Assembly: GCA_963745035.1 (NCBI GenBank)
Contig: CAVUVW010000014.1
Location: 576,001 to 640,000 of the forward strand
Source: an uncultured delta proteobacterium
Lineage (GTDB): Bacteria; Desulfobacterota; Binatia; UBA9968
Direction of reading: 5' to 3'
Length of the DNA stretch: 64,000 nt
The position numbers and the translations under genes are program-made. Under the pieces are notes generated by a model. The model worked only from the letters and a program-made list of their open reading frames with translations. It was not told the DNA's origin and did not search any database. This document shows, piece after piece, positions 41,952 to 51,844 of the stretch (the stretch's first letter is position 1; every line of letters begins with the position of its first letter).

Positions 41952-43350
41952 ATGGCTGAGACTCGGATCGAGAAAGATACTATGGGCGATATTGCGGTCC
42001 CATCGGACCGTTACTGGGGCGCGCAGACACAGCGGTCTCTCAAATATTTTCAGGCGGGGGCGGGACGCGACACGATGCCGAGAGAGCTCATCAAGGCTTT
42101 CGGCATCCTCAAAAAGGCCGCCGCGATGGCCAATGTCGAGCTGGAACTTTTGCCTAAGGAAAAAGGCGATCTGATCATTCAGGTCGCCGACGAGGTCATC
42201 GCGGGCAAGCTCGACGAACATTTTCCGCTGGTCATTTGGCAGACCGGTTCGGGTACCCAGACCAACATGAACGTCAACGAGGTGATCAGCAACCGGGCCA
42301 TCGAAATTTCCGGCGGCGTAATGGGGAGCAAAAAACCCATCCATCCGAACGACGACGTCAACAAAGCGCAAAGCTCCAACGACACCTTTCCCACCGCCAT
42401 GCATATCGCTGCAGTGGAGGTGTTGGGCCGGCTGGTCGAAGCATTGAAGGATTTGAAGAAAACTCTTGAAAACAAGGCGAGCGCTCACGCCAACGTAATC
42501 AAGATCGGCCGCACTCACCTCATGGACGCCACGCCGCTCAGCCTGGGTCAAGAGATTTCGGGTTGGGCGCAGATGGTGGACCACGGATTACAGCGCATCG
42601 CCGCGACTCTGCCTCAACTGTACGAGCTGGCTCTCGGCGGCACGGCGGTTGGAACCGGCCTCAACACACATCCCGAGTTCGCCACCAAAGGGGCGGCAAA
42701 GATCGCATCGCTGACCAACCAACCCTTTGTCAGCGCTCCGAACAAATTCGAAGCTCTGGCCGGCCACGACGCGCTGGTTTTCGCCCATGGGGCGCTCAAA
42801 ACGTTGGCGTGCTCCCTGATGAAGATTGCCAACGACGTGCGCTGGCTCGCCTCGGGTCCGCGGGCGGGCCTGGGGGAAATCAGCATTCCGGAGAACGAGC
42901 CCGGCAGCTCGATCATGCCGGGCAAGGTCAACCCCACGCAGAGCGAGGCACTCACCATGATCTGCGCCCAGGTCTTGGGCAACGACGTGGCTGTCAACAT
43001 CGGCGGAGCCAGCGGCAACTTCGAGCTTAATGTCTTCAAGCCGCTGATGATCCACAACTTCATTCACTCGGCGAAGCTTTTGGCCAAGGGGGTCGAGGGT
43101 TTCACTCGATCATTGTGTCGCCGGCCTCCAGCCCAACGCCGCCCGCATCGACGAGCTGATGAAGAAAAGCTTGATGCTGGTGACCGCGCTCAACCCGCAC
43201 ATCGGTTACGACAACGCGGCCAAGATCGCCAAAAAGGCTCACGCCGACGGCACGACCCTCAAAGAAGCCGCGCTGGCGCTTGGGTTGGTGAAAGCGGAGG
43301 ACTTCGACAAGTGGATCAAGCCCGAAGAAATGATCACTCCGGGAATGTGA
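41952..43350 (+). CDS. fumC: Class II fumarate hydratase; frameshift ~43106
   Basis: [39 protein letters not shown]; C-terminus [18 protein letters not shown] in ORF 43159-43350. Confidence 0.93.
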
Positions 43351-43386
43351 GCCTGGTCTCGCAGTGGTGTGCGTAGGGTGACCGGC

Positions 43387-43457
43387 TTGAACGGAGCGAA
43401 GCGATTGAACGGAGGCGCTGCAGCGCCGGTTGAACGAAGCGCGAAGCGCGATTGAAC
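43387..43457 (+). repeat. Four TTGAAC units separated by mini-hairpins
   Basis: TTGAAC at 43387, 43405, 43430 and 43452; spacers contain GCGAAGC, GGCGCTGCAGCGCC and GCGCGAAGCGC. Confidence 0.7.
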
Positions 43458-43484
43458 CTAGGTTTAATTGAAGGAGAGTTGAAA

Positions 43485-44225
43485 ATGGAAAATAAAGCCG
43501 TGCCCCGCAAGCTGAAGATCAGCGTTCTGCGCTTCAATCCGCAGGAGCCGGGAAGCGTGCCGCGCATGCAGACGTACGAGATCGAAGAAGCCGAAGGCAT
43601 GACGCTGTTCATCGCGCTCATGGAGATTCGCGAGAAACAAGATCCATCACTGGAGTTCGACTTCGTCTGCCGCGCCGGCATCTGCGGCAGCTGCGGCATG
43701 TTGATTAACGGCAGTCCGACCCTCGCCTGCCGCATGTTGACGAAAGACTTGGGTACTGAGATCTCGTTGGCGCCGCTGCCGGTTTTCGAGCTGATCGCCG
43801 ATCTCTCGGTCAACACCGGCAAGTGGATGCGCGGCATGAGCGAGCATCTAGAGACCTGGTTGCATATGAAGCAGCCGGAGGTCGATCTGCGCAGGTTCGA
43901 AGAGAAGATGGAGCCGGAGCTTGCCGAAAAAATCTACGAGCTCGATCGCTGCATCGAGTGCGGCTGTTGCGTCGCCGCCTGCGGCACGGCGCGCATGCGC
44001 GAGGATTTCGTCGGCGCAGTGGGACTCAACAAAATCGCGCGCTTCCGTCTCGATCCGCGCGACCGGCGCAACGATGACGATTATTTCGAGTTGATCGGCG
44101 ATGACGACGGCGTTTTCGGCTGCATGTCGCTTATTGCTTGTCACGACGTCTGTCCGAAGGAGCTGCCACTGGCGACTCAAATCGCGTTTCTCAGACGTAA
44201 AATGGTTTCGGTTGGATTGAAATAG
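43485..44225 (+). CDS. frdB: Fumarate reductase Fe-S subunit
   Basis: CRAGICGSC...C, CIECGCCVAAC, CMSLIACHDVCP. Confidence 0.95.
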   Translation: MENKAVPRKLKISVLRFNPQEPGSVPRMQTYEIEEAEGMTLFIALMEIREKQDPSLEFDFVCRAGICGSCGMLINGSPTLACRMLTKDLGTEISLAPLPVFELIADLSVNTGKWMRGMSEHLETWLHMKQPEVDLRRFEEKMEPELAEKIYELDRCIECGCCVAACGTARMREDFVGAVGLNKIARFRLDPRDRRNDDDYFELIGDDDGVFGCMSLIACHDVCPKELPLATQIAFLRRKMVSVGLK

Positions 44226-44275
44226 CGTGGGAAAGCGGGTTGTAACAACCCGCAGCGGCGGAAAAGGAGGCTCAT

Positions 44276-45787
44276 ATGAGTAAGGTAGAAACCGGGACGG
44301 TAACGCCCGCCGTAAGTGCCAAGAAAGAGAGCTCTAAAAAAATCGGCTGGAAACATTTCGCCCCGATTGTTGTGGCGCTCATTGTTGCGCTCATCCCTGC
44401 GCCGGCGGGGCTGCCACAGTATGCGTGGTACTACTTCGCCATTTTTGCCGGCGTCATCGTCGGTCTGATGTTCGAACCTTTGCCCGGTGGCGCAATCGGC
44501 TTGATCGCCGTGACTTTGGTCGCGCGACTATCCGAGTACGTCCTCTACTCGCCGGAGCAACTCGCCAAGCCCGGTTTTAACGCGCTTAACGCCTCCTTGA
44601 GCTGGGCGCTTTCGGGCTTCTCGAATAGCACGGTTTGGCTGATCTTCGGCGCGTTCATGTTTGCTCTCGGTTATGAAAAGACCGGCCTCGGCCGGCGCAT
44701 CGCGCTGATGCTGGTAAAGGCGATGGGGCGAAAGACACTGACTCTCGGCTACGCGGTAGTGATTGCCGATACGATTCTGGCGCCGTTCACTCCTTCCAGC
44801 ACCGCGCGCAGCGGCGGGACGATCTATCCGGTAATCAAAAATTTGCCGCCCCTCTATGATTCGAACCCCAACGACCCATCCATGCGGCGCATGGGCTCCT
44901 ATCTTATGTGGGTGGCGATCGCGGCGACTTGCATAACCAGCTCAATGTTTCTCACCGCTCTGGCCCCCAACCTGCTCGCCGTCGAGCTGGTGCGAAAGAC
45001 CGCGCAGATCGAGATCGCGTGGATCGACTGGTTTAAATACTTCGCTCCCGTCGGCATCCTTCTGCTCGCGGTGTTGCCGCTGCTGGTCTACTGGATCTAT
45101 CCGCCCCAGGTGAAGGAGGGAGCGGAGGTCCAGAGCTGGGCGGCCAAGGAGCTGGAGAAAATGGGCTCGTTCACGAAGCGAGAGATTATCCTGGCAGTTC
45201 TAGTCCTGATCGCTCTGGTGATGTGGATTTTTCGAGGGGATGAAGTGAACGCCACCACCGCTGCGCTCATCGTCATCTCATTGATGCTGCTGACCAGCGT
45301 GGTAACCTGGGATGACATCGTCAAAAATTCCGCGGCTTGGAACACGTTGGCGTGGTTCGCGACCTTGGTCGCGCTCGCCGACGGCCTGACTCGCGTGGGG
45401 TTCGTGAAGTGGTTTGCGGAGACCGTCGCGAGTCAACTGACCGGCACTCCGCCGGCAATAGCGGTTGCGATGCTGCTGCTGATCAATTTTTTCGGCCACT
45501 ATTTGTTTGCCAGCGTCACGGCCCACGTTACCGCAATGATTCCGGTGCTGCTCGCGGTCGCGTCGACGATTCCCGGAGTCAACATGCATACGCTCGCTCT
45601 CGGTCTCTGCTTGCAGCTCGGCATCATGGGCATCATCACGCCATACGCGAGCGGGCCAAGCCCGGTGTACTACGGCAGCGGGTATCTGCCGGCCGCCGAC
45701 TACTGGCGCCTCGGCGCGATTTTCGGCGTGATCTTCTTCGCCGTATTTCTGGCCATCGGCGTGCCTTGGATGCTGGTCATACGGTAA
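44276..45787 (+). CDS. DASS anion permease (CitT/TtdT-like antiporter)
   Basis: KTGLGRRIA, PSSTARSGG, LTALAPN, HYLFAS-x-TAH, TPYASGP. Confidence 0.92.
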   Translation: MSKVETGTVTPAVSAKKESSKKIGWKHFAPIVVALIVALIPAPAGLPQYAWYYFAIFAGVIVGLMFEPLPGGAIGLIAVTLVARLSEYVLYSPEQLAKPGFNALNASLSWALSGFSNSTVWLIFGAFMFALGYEKTGLGRRIALMLVKAMGRKTLTLGYAVVIADTILAPFTPSSTARSGGTIYPVIKNLPPLYDSNPNDPSMRRMGSYLMWVAIAATCITSSMFLTALAPNLLAVELVRKTAQIEIAWIDWFKYFAPVGILLLAVLPLLVYWIYPPQVKEGAEVQSWAAKELEKMGSFTKREIILAVLVLIALVMWIFRGDEVNATTAALIVISLMLLTSVVTWDDIVKNSAAWNTLAWFATLVALADGLTRVGFVKWFAETVASQLTGTPPAIAVAMLLLINFFGHYLFASVTAHVTAMIPVLLAVASTIPGVNMHTLALGLCLQLGIMGIITPYASGPSPVYYGSGYLPAADYWRLGAIFGVIFFAVFLAIGVPWMLVIR

Positions 45788-45788
45788 A
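45725..45788 (+). repeat. 64-bp direct repeat, copy 1 (3' end of DASS gene)
   Basis: 61/64 identical to 47228-47291. Confidence 0.9.
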
Positions 45789-45810
45789 CCGCGAATTTTG
45801 AGATACCAGG

Positions 45811-46518
45811 ATGATTCAAATTCAGCTCACGAGGAGATTTCGCGGAATAATCCCGCCATTGGCGGCAGCGCTCATTGTTGGTTGCACACCTTTATATTTG
45901 GCGGATACACACACCACGTCTACTCCGAGGCCACCGTCTTTCAATGTCACCGAACTGGCGCACGAGCAGGTGGCAACACTTGGCCTTCTCACGCCGGCCG
46001 GTCTCCAGGGCTTCAACCCGCCTCTGTCTCACGCCCTCAACGCGGCGCTCTCGGAAACGTCCCCTCCCATCCGCGGAATTGCGGCTCATGAGGCAGTGAA
46101 TGTGCTCAATCAACAGGGCCTGGCCGCGGAGTACGGCACCTTGATCGCGGGCTTTGGTCGCGGGGGCATTCTGGAGAGCAAGCCGCTACGGCAGATCGGA
46201 TCGGCCCTTTCCTCCCGTTACGTGCTGCTACCAGGGCTCGCGGAGTTCAATCAAGTCATCATCGACCGGCTTTCGATTTACGGCTGGAACTTTATTCAGA
46301 GTCGGGTCACGACGCTGAGACTGTGGCTGCAGCTATGGGACACGCAGACGGGAAAGATTGTTTGGGAGTCAGCTGGGGAAGTCACCGTGGCGACCAAGCT
46401 CCTAAGTTCGGAGCAGACCGTCGCTCTTGACGAGATCGCGCGGAAGCTGTGGCTGCGCATGATCCAGGATAACTTGCTCGAAGGGAAAACTGGATCGCAT
46501 TTTTTCTTCACCAGTTGA
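45811..46518 (+). CDS. Hypothetical lipoprotein
   Basis: LIVGC lipobox; LQLWDTQTGKIVW resembles CsgG/LpoB-like folds. Confidence 0.7.
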   Translation: MIQIQLTRRFRGIIPPLAAALIVGCTPLYLADTHTTSTPRPPSFNVTELAHEQVATLGLLTPAGLQGFNPPLSHALNAALSETSPPIRGIAAHEAVNVLNQQGLAAEYGTLIAGFGRGGILESKPLRQIGSALSSRYVLLPGLAEFNQVIIDRLSIYGWNFIQSRVTTLRLWLQLWDTQTGKIVWESAGEVTVATKLLSSEQTVALDEIARKLWLRMIQDNLLEGKTGSHFFFTS

Positions 46519-46533
46519 GAGAGAGAAGTCTAG

Positions 46534-47187
46534 ATGGATATCCACGCTTTAAACTACTTGGTGCATTTCTCGAACATCCTGCTGGTTGTATCGTACTCGG
46601 TGCGGGAGATTTTGTGGCTGCGCTGGTTTGCGGTTGCCGCCGCCCTCACCAACATCCCCTACTTCCTCCTTCAGGATACTGTGCTCTGGCCACCGGTTCT
46701 CTGGGCGCTCGTATTCACCGCGATCAATCTCTATCAGATTGTGCGCATCTATCTCGAGCGACGTCCGATCGTGCTATCCCAGGACGAACAGAAGCTTTAC
46801 GATCTAGGGTTCCGTTCGCTTCGTCCGCGCGAGTTCGTTTCACTGTCGCTCGTGGGCGAGTGGAAGAGCGCCGAGGCCGGCGAGAGGATCGTAACCGAAG
46901 GGGAGCCGGTTTCGTGCGTCTGCATCCCGATCACCGGGAGCGCAGACGTACGCAAGCAGGGTGCGAGTATCGGGGCGCTGAGACCGGGGCACATCATCGG
47001 CACCGCGCTGGCCCTCACGGGCGATCCATCACCGGTGGAAGTGACCTTCACCGAACCCGCACGTTACATGCGCTGGTCGCTTCCGAGCCTGCGAAGTTTC
47101 ATGGACAAGCGGCCGGACCTGCGCGCCACGCTGCAAGGTCTCGTGAACCGCGACTTGGCCGGAAAACTGGAACGACTGTTCACGTGA
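46534..47187 (+). CDS. Popeye-domain-like membrane protein with cNMP-binding domain
   Basis: SYSVREILWLR, 3 TMs, INLYQ, ERRP-x-x-L, F-x-x-L-x-x-x-EF, then a cNMP-type beta domain (PGHIIG). Confidence 0.75.
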   Translation: MDIHALNYLVHFSNILLVVSYSVREILWLRWFAVAAALTNIPYFLLQDTVLWPPVLWALVFTAINLYQIVRIYLERRPIVLSQDEQKLYDLGFRSLRPREFVSLSLVGEWKSAEAGERIVTEGEPVSCVCIPITGSADVRKQGASIGALRPGHIIGTALALTGDPSPVEVTFTEPARYMRWSLPSLRSFMDKRPDLRATLQGLVNRDLAGKLERLFT

Positions 47188-47227
47188 AAGAACATAGCGG
47201 TGGTCGAGAAAGCGGCCCGCGGTTGTT

Positions 47228-47291
47228 GGCGTGATCTTCTGCGCCGTATTTCTGGCCATCGGCGTTCCTTGGATGCTGGCCATACGGTAAA
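47228..47291 (+). repeat. 64-bp direct repeat, copy 2 (orphan copy of DASS 3' end, upstream of aspA)
   Basis: 61/64 identical to 45725-45788, including the stop codon. Confidence 0.9.
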
Positions 47292-47318
47292 ACCCACGAA
47301 CCACAGAAGGAGAAGGCT

Positions 47319-48767
<1,449 letters not shown>

Positions 48768-48897
48768 CGGTTGCCATTTTGCTGCAATCCATGGTCGTAC
48801 TTGCGGGAATTTGGGTCCGCGCCCGCTTGAGCGGCATCGGCTTGGGACTATCGGACGCTGTGGGACTGGTGATTGTTCTAGCCATGAGCCTCTCCGC

Positions 48898-50403
48898 ATG
48901 ACGGCCGCGAATTTCACACGCATCGGTTTACTCGGCGGGCCAGTGCTGGGGCTGTTTTGCTATCATCTGCTGCCGCTTCAGTACTCGACCGGGTCCGGGC
49001 AGTGGGTCGAGTTCACGGCCGCGGGCCGCGCTACCCTCGGCATGATGGTCTGGATGGCGACATGGTGGATCACCGAGGCGGTGGATATCGAGGTTACGGC
49101 GTTGCTGCCGATCGCGACATTCCCGCTGTTCGGCATTGCGCCTTTGAGTAAAGTTCTCCCGCCTTATGCCGCAGACGTGATCTTCCTCTTCATGGGTGGT
49201 TTTATCATCGGCCTCGCCATCGAGCGCTGGGGCCTCGACCGGCGCATCGCCTTCTTCACTCTTCGGTTGGTCGGCGCGCGCCCGAGCGCGATCGTCGGCG
49301 GCTTCATGGCCGTCACCGCGTTCCTGAGCATGTGGGTTTCGAATACCGCGTGTGCAGCCATGATGGTGCCGATCGCGTTGAGCATCATCGACCTCGTGTT
49401 GCGCAGCCGTGGCGGGGCCGGTCTGAAGGAATCCGGGGGCATACCGCAGGACCGCATTCCCGAGCGCAATTTTGCCACGGGTCTGCTACTTTGCGTCGCC
49501 TACGCGGCATCGATCGGCGGGGTCGCGACCATCATCGGCTCTCCGCCCAACGGCATCGCGGTACGCTACCTGCAGCAGACGTTTCAGCAGGAAGTGAGTT
49601 TTTTCGACTGGCTGCTGGTGGGCGGGCCGTTCACGCTGATCTTCCTCCCGATCGCCTGGTTGCTGATTACCCGCGTGTTATTTCGCGCTGACATCGGCGA
49701 AATTGCGGGCGGCCGGAAGCATTTCGACGAAGAGTACCGCAAGCTGGGCCCGCTCACCCGAGGCGAGAAGGTGGTCTTGGCCGTATTTTCCCTGAGCGCG
49801 CTTCTCTGGACCTGCAGCCCGTTGCTCAAACCGATCGCGATCGCGGGCATGAAGCCGCTGGCTGGGCTCTCCGACACCGGCATTGCCATGCTGGCAGCGA
49901 TGGCGCTGTTTTTGATTCCGGTGGACCGCGCCAACTGCGTCCGCGCAATGGACTGGGGCACGGCTGTGAAACTGCCCTGGGGTGTGCTGATGTTGTTCGG
50001 CGGCGGCCTCACGCTCGCAGCTTCGATCGAAGCGAACGGCGTCTCAGATTTCATCGGCAACGCGAGTCGCGGCTTTGCCGGCTTGCACCCCGTTCTACTC
50101 CTGCTTGCGATTACGACCATGACCGTATTCCTTTCCGAGCTCACCTCCAACACAGCGCAGGTGGCGACCATGCTTCCGGTGCTTGCTGCTATGGCGCCAA
50201 AACTCGGAATCGATCCTTATGCCCTGGTCATCGCGTGCACCTTGGGTGCGAGCAGCGCCTACATGATGCCGGTGGGCACGCCGCCGAATGCAATCGTGTT
50301 CGGAACCGGGCTGGTGCGCATGCCGCAGATGATGAAGGCGGGAATCTGGCTGAACCTATCCGGCATCCTGGTCATAACGGCGCTGTGCGCGCTGTTACTC
50401 TAA
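48898..50403 (+). CDS. SLC13/DASS Na+:dicarboxylate symporter (SdcS-like)
   Basis: WWITEA, SMWVSNTA, GSPPN, SELTSNTA, PVGTPPNA. Confidence 0.92.
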   Translation: MTAANFTRIGLLGGPVLGLFCYHLLPLQYSTGSGQWVEFTAAGRATLGMMVWMATWWITEAVDIEVTALLPIATFPLFGIAPLSKVLPPYAADVIFLFMGGFIIGLAIERWGLDRRIAFFTLRLVGARPSAIVGGFMAVTAFLSMWVSNTACAAMMVPIALSIIDLVLRSRGGAGLKESGGIPQDRIPERNFATGLLLCVAYAASIGGVATIIGSPPNGIAVRYLQQTFQQEVSFFDWLLVGGPFTLIFLPIAWLLITRVLFRADIGEIAGGRKHFDEEYRKLGPLTRGEKVVLAVFSLSALLWTCSPLLKPIAIAGMKPLAGLSDTGIAMLAAMALFLIPVDRANCVRAMDWGTAVKLPWGVLMLFGGGLTLAASIEANGVSDFIGNASRGFAGLHPVLLLLAITTMTVFLSELTSNTAQVATMLPVLAAMAPKLGIDPYALVIACTLGASSAYMMPVGTPPNAIVFGTGLVRMPQMMKAGIWLNLSGILVITALCALLL

Positions 50404-50480
50404 AGATAAAAGCTATGCCGGTTACTAACTCTCCTGCAACGAACAAGGCCCGCGCACCGCTACAAGAAAGGAAACTAGCC

Positions 50481-51698
50481 ATGCATCGGTCGCGACAACT
50501 CCGGCACATCGCGTGTGTGCTCCCGATACTTGTAATCGTGATGATGGGGGCGGCGCCCGATCTGGGGCCGCTCCGAGCCGAGCCGGAATCTCTCGAACAA
50601 GCGAAGCCCGAGCTGATCGAGCGAATCCGAGCCGACCAGTACGATTATTTCCGATTCGTCAACCGCTCCTGGATCGCGCGTGCCTGCGACATATTCGAGG
50701 CAGATGTGCGGGACCTGCCAGTCGTGCGGTTGCACGGCGACGCGCATGTCGAACAGTTCGCGGTAGCGCAGGATGAATGGGGGCTCGACGACTTCGACGA
50801 CTCCGCTCGAGGCCCGGCCGCTATCGATATCGTGCGGTTTCTGGGCTCCATCGATCTCGCGGTTCGTCAGCGTTCCTGGGAAAGAGATCGTGACAGGTTG
50901 TTTGATCGATTTATCGAAGGTTATAAGCGGGGTCTCACCGAGCCTAACTATCGGCCCCCTCCGCCCGACATCGTGCGTCGGCTACGCGCCCAGGCGCCAC
51001 CGACACGCGCGGCGTTCCTTGCGTGGGGCGAGACCAGGATGCAACCTCTGGCCGATGAGTCAATGAAGGCTGTCATCGCAGGGATCGAAGCGTCTGCGCA
51101 GGTCCTGCTGCGCGAGCGGCCCGATGTTGCGCCGGAGTATTTTCGTGTGGTTCGCGCCGGCTCGCTTTCAGGCGGAGTCGGCAGCGCCGTGAATCCGAAA
51201 ATCATGGTGCGCGTGCAGGGGCCGTCGGACGATCCAGCCGACGATGAGCTCCTCGAGATGAAAAAGATCGGAGATCTCAGCGGCCTACGTTGCCTTCAGA
51301 CGCCTACGGTTCAACCAACGCTGCGCATCGTCGAGGGAAGCAAAAAGATCGGTCGGCTGCAGTACAGCATACTGGCCGCTGGACCCGAGCTAGTTGTCCC
51401 TGAGGTGATGTCCCGTGGGGAGCGGTTGCAGGATTGGTGGGTCCGCAGTTTGGATCCGTCCTACCGTCAGATTCGTTTGGCCGAACTCCAGTCCGTCGCA
51501 GACCTCGCCGCCATCGTCTACGATTCCGGCGTGCAGCTCGGCGCGGCCCGCTTTCAGGGCCAGACGGTGCAGCTGAGCGAATACGACCGGAAACGCATAC
51601 TCGGCGGGACGGGCAGGCTCGAGAAACGGTATCGCGAGGAAACGTCGAAAATGGTCGGTGACCTGCTCCGCGGATGGCGTGAGCTCGGAGCACGATGA
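50481..51698 (+). CDS. DUF2252-family (kinase-like) protein with N-terminal hydrophobic/signal segment
   Basis: YFRF, LHGDAHVEQF, DDFDD, GGVGS, LLEMK. Confidence 0.7.
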   Translation: MHRSRQLRHIACVLPILVIVMMGAAPDLGPLRAEPESLEQAKPELIERIRADQYDYFRFVNRSWIARACDIFEADVRDLPVVRLHGDAHVEQFAVAQDEWGLDDFDDSARGPAAIDIVRFLGSIDLAVRQRSWERDRDRLFDRFIEGYKRGLTEPNYRPPPPDIVRRLRAQAPPTRAAFLAWGETRMQPLADESMKAVIAGIEASAQVLLRERPDVAPEYFRVVRAGSLSGGVGSAVNPKIMVRVQGPSDDPADDELLEMKKIGDLSGLRCLQTPTVQPTLRIVEGSKKIGRLQYSILAAGPELVVPEVMSRGERLQDWWVRSLDPSYRQIRLAELQSVADLAAIVYDSGVQLGAARFQGQTVQLSEYDRKRILGGTGRLEKRYREETSKMVGDLLRGWRELGAR

Positions 51699-51844
51699 GA
51701 GAACTATCGTGCCCAAACGTCCGGCTGGGGCAACAGACGCTGCTCTGCTTAGAGGTCAGCTTTCGGTATCAATCGCTGCGCACATTTGATTTGAGTAACG
51801 ATCAAATATGAAGCGTCTTCGGATCATGCTTGAAATCGTTCCTC

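Noticed and set aside
43387-43457. TTGAAC array as a mini-CRISPR
   Set aside because: The unit is only 6 bp and the spacers are 12-19 bp and self-palindromic; no cas genes.
44235-44253. Hairpin GCGGGTTG-TAA-CAACCCGC after frdB as an intrinsic terminator
   Set aside because: No U-tract follows and the next RBS is ~10 nt away; more likely a stability or REP-like hairpin.
51786-51805. Possible FNR box upstream of the HdeD fusion
   Set aside because: TTGAG-N5-ATCAA has the wrong spacing and a mismatch; I noticed no canonical FNR site in the intergenic regions.
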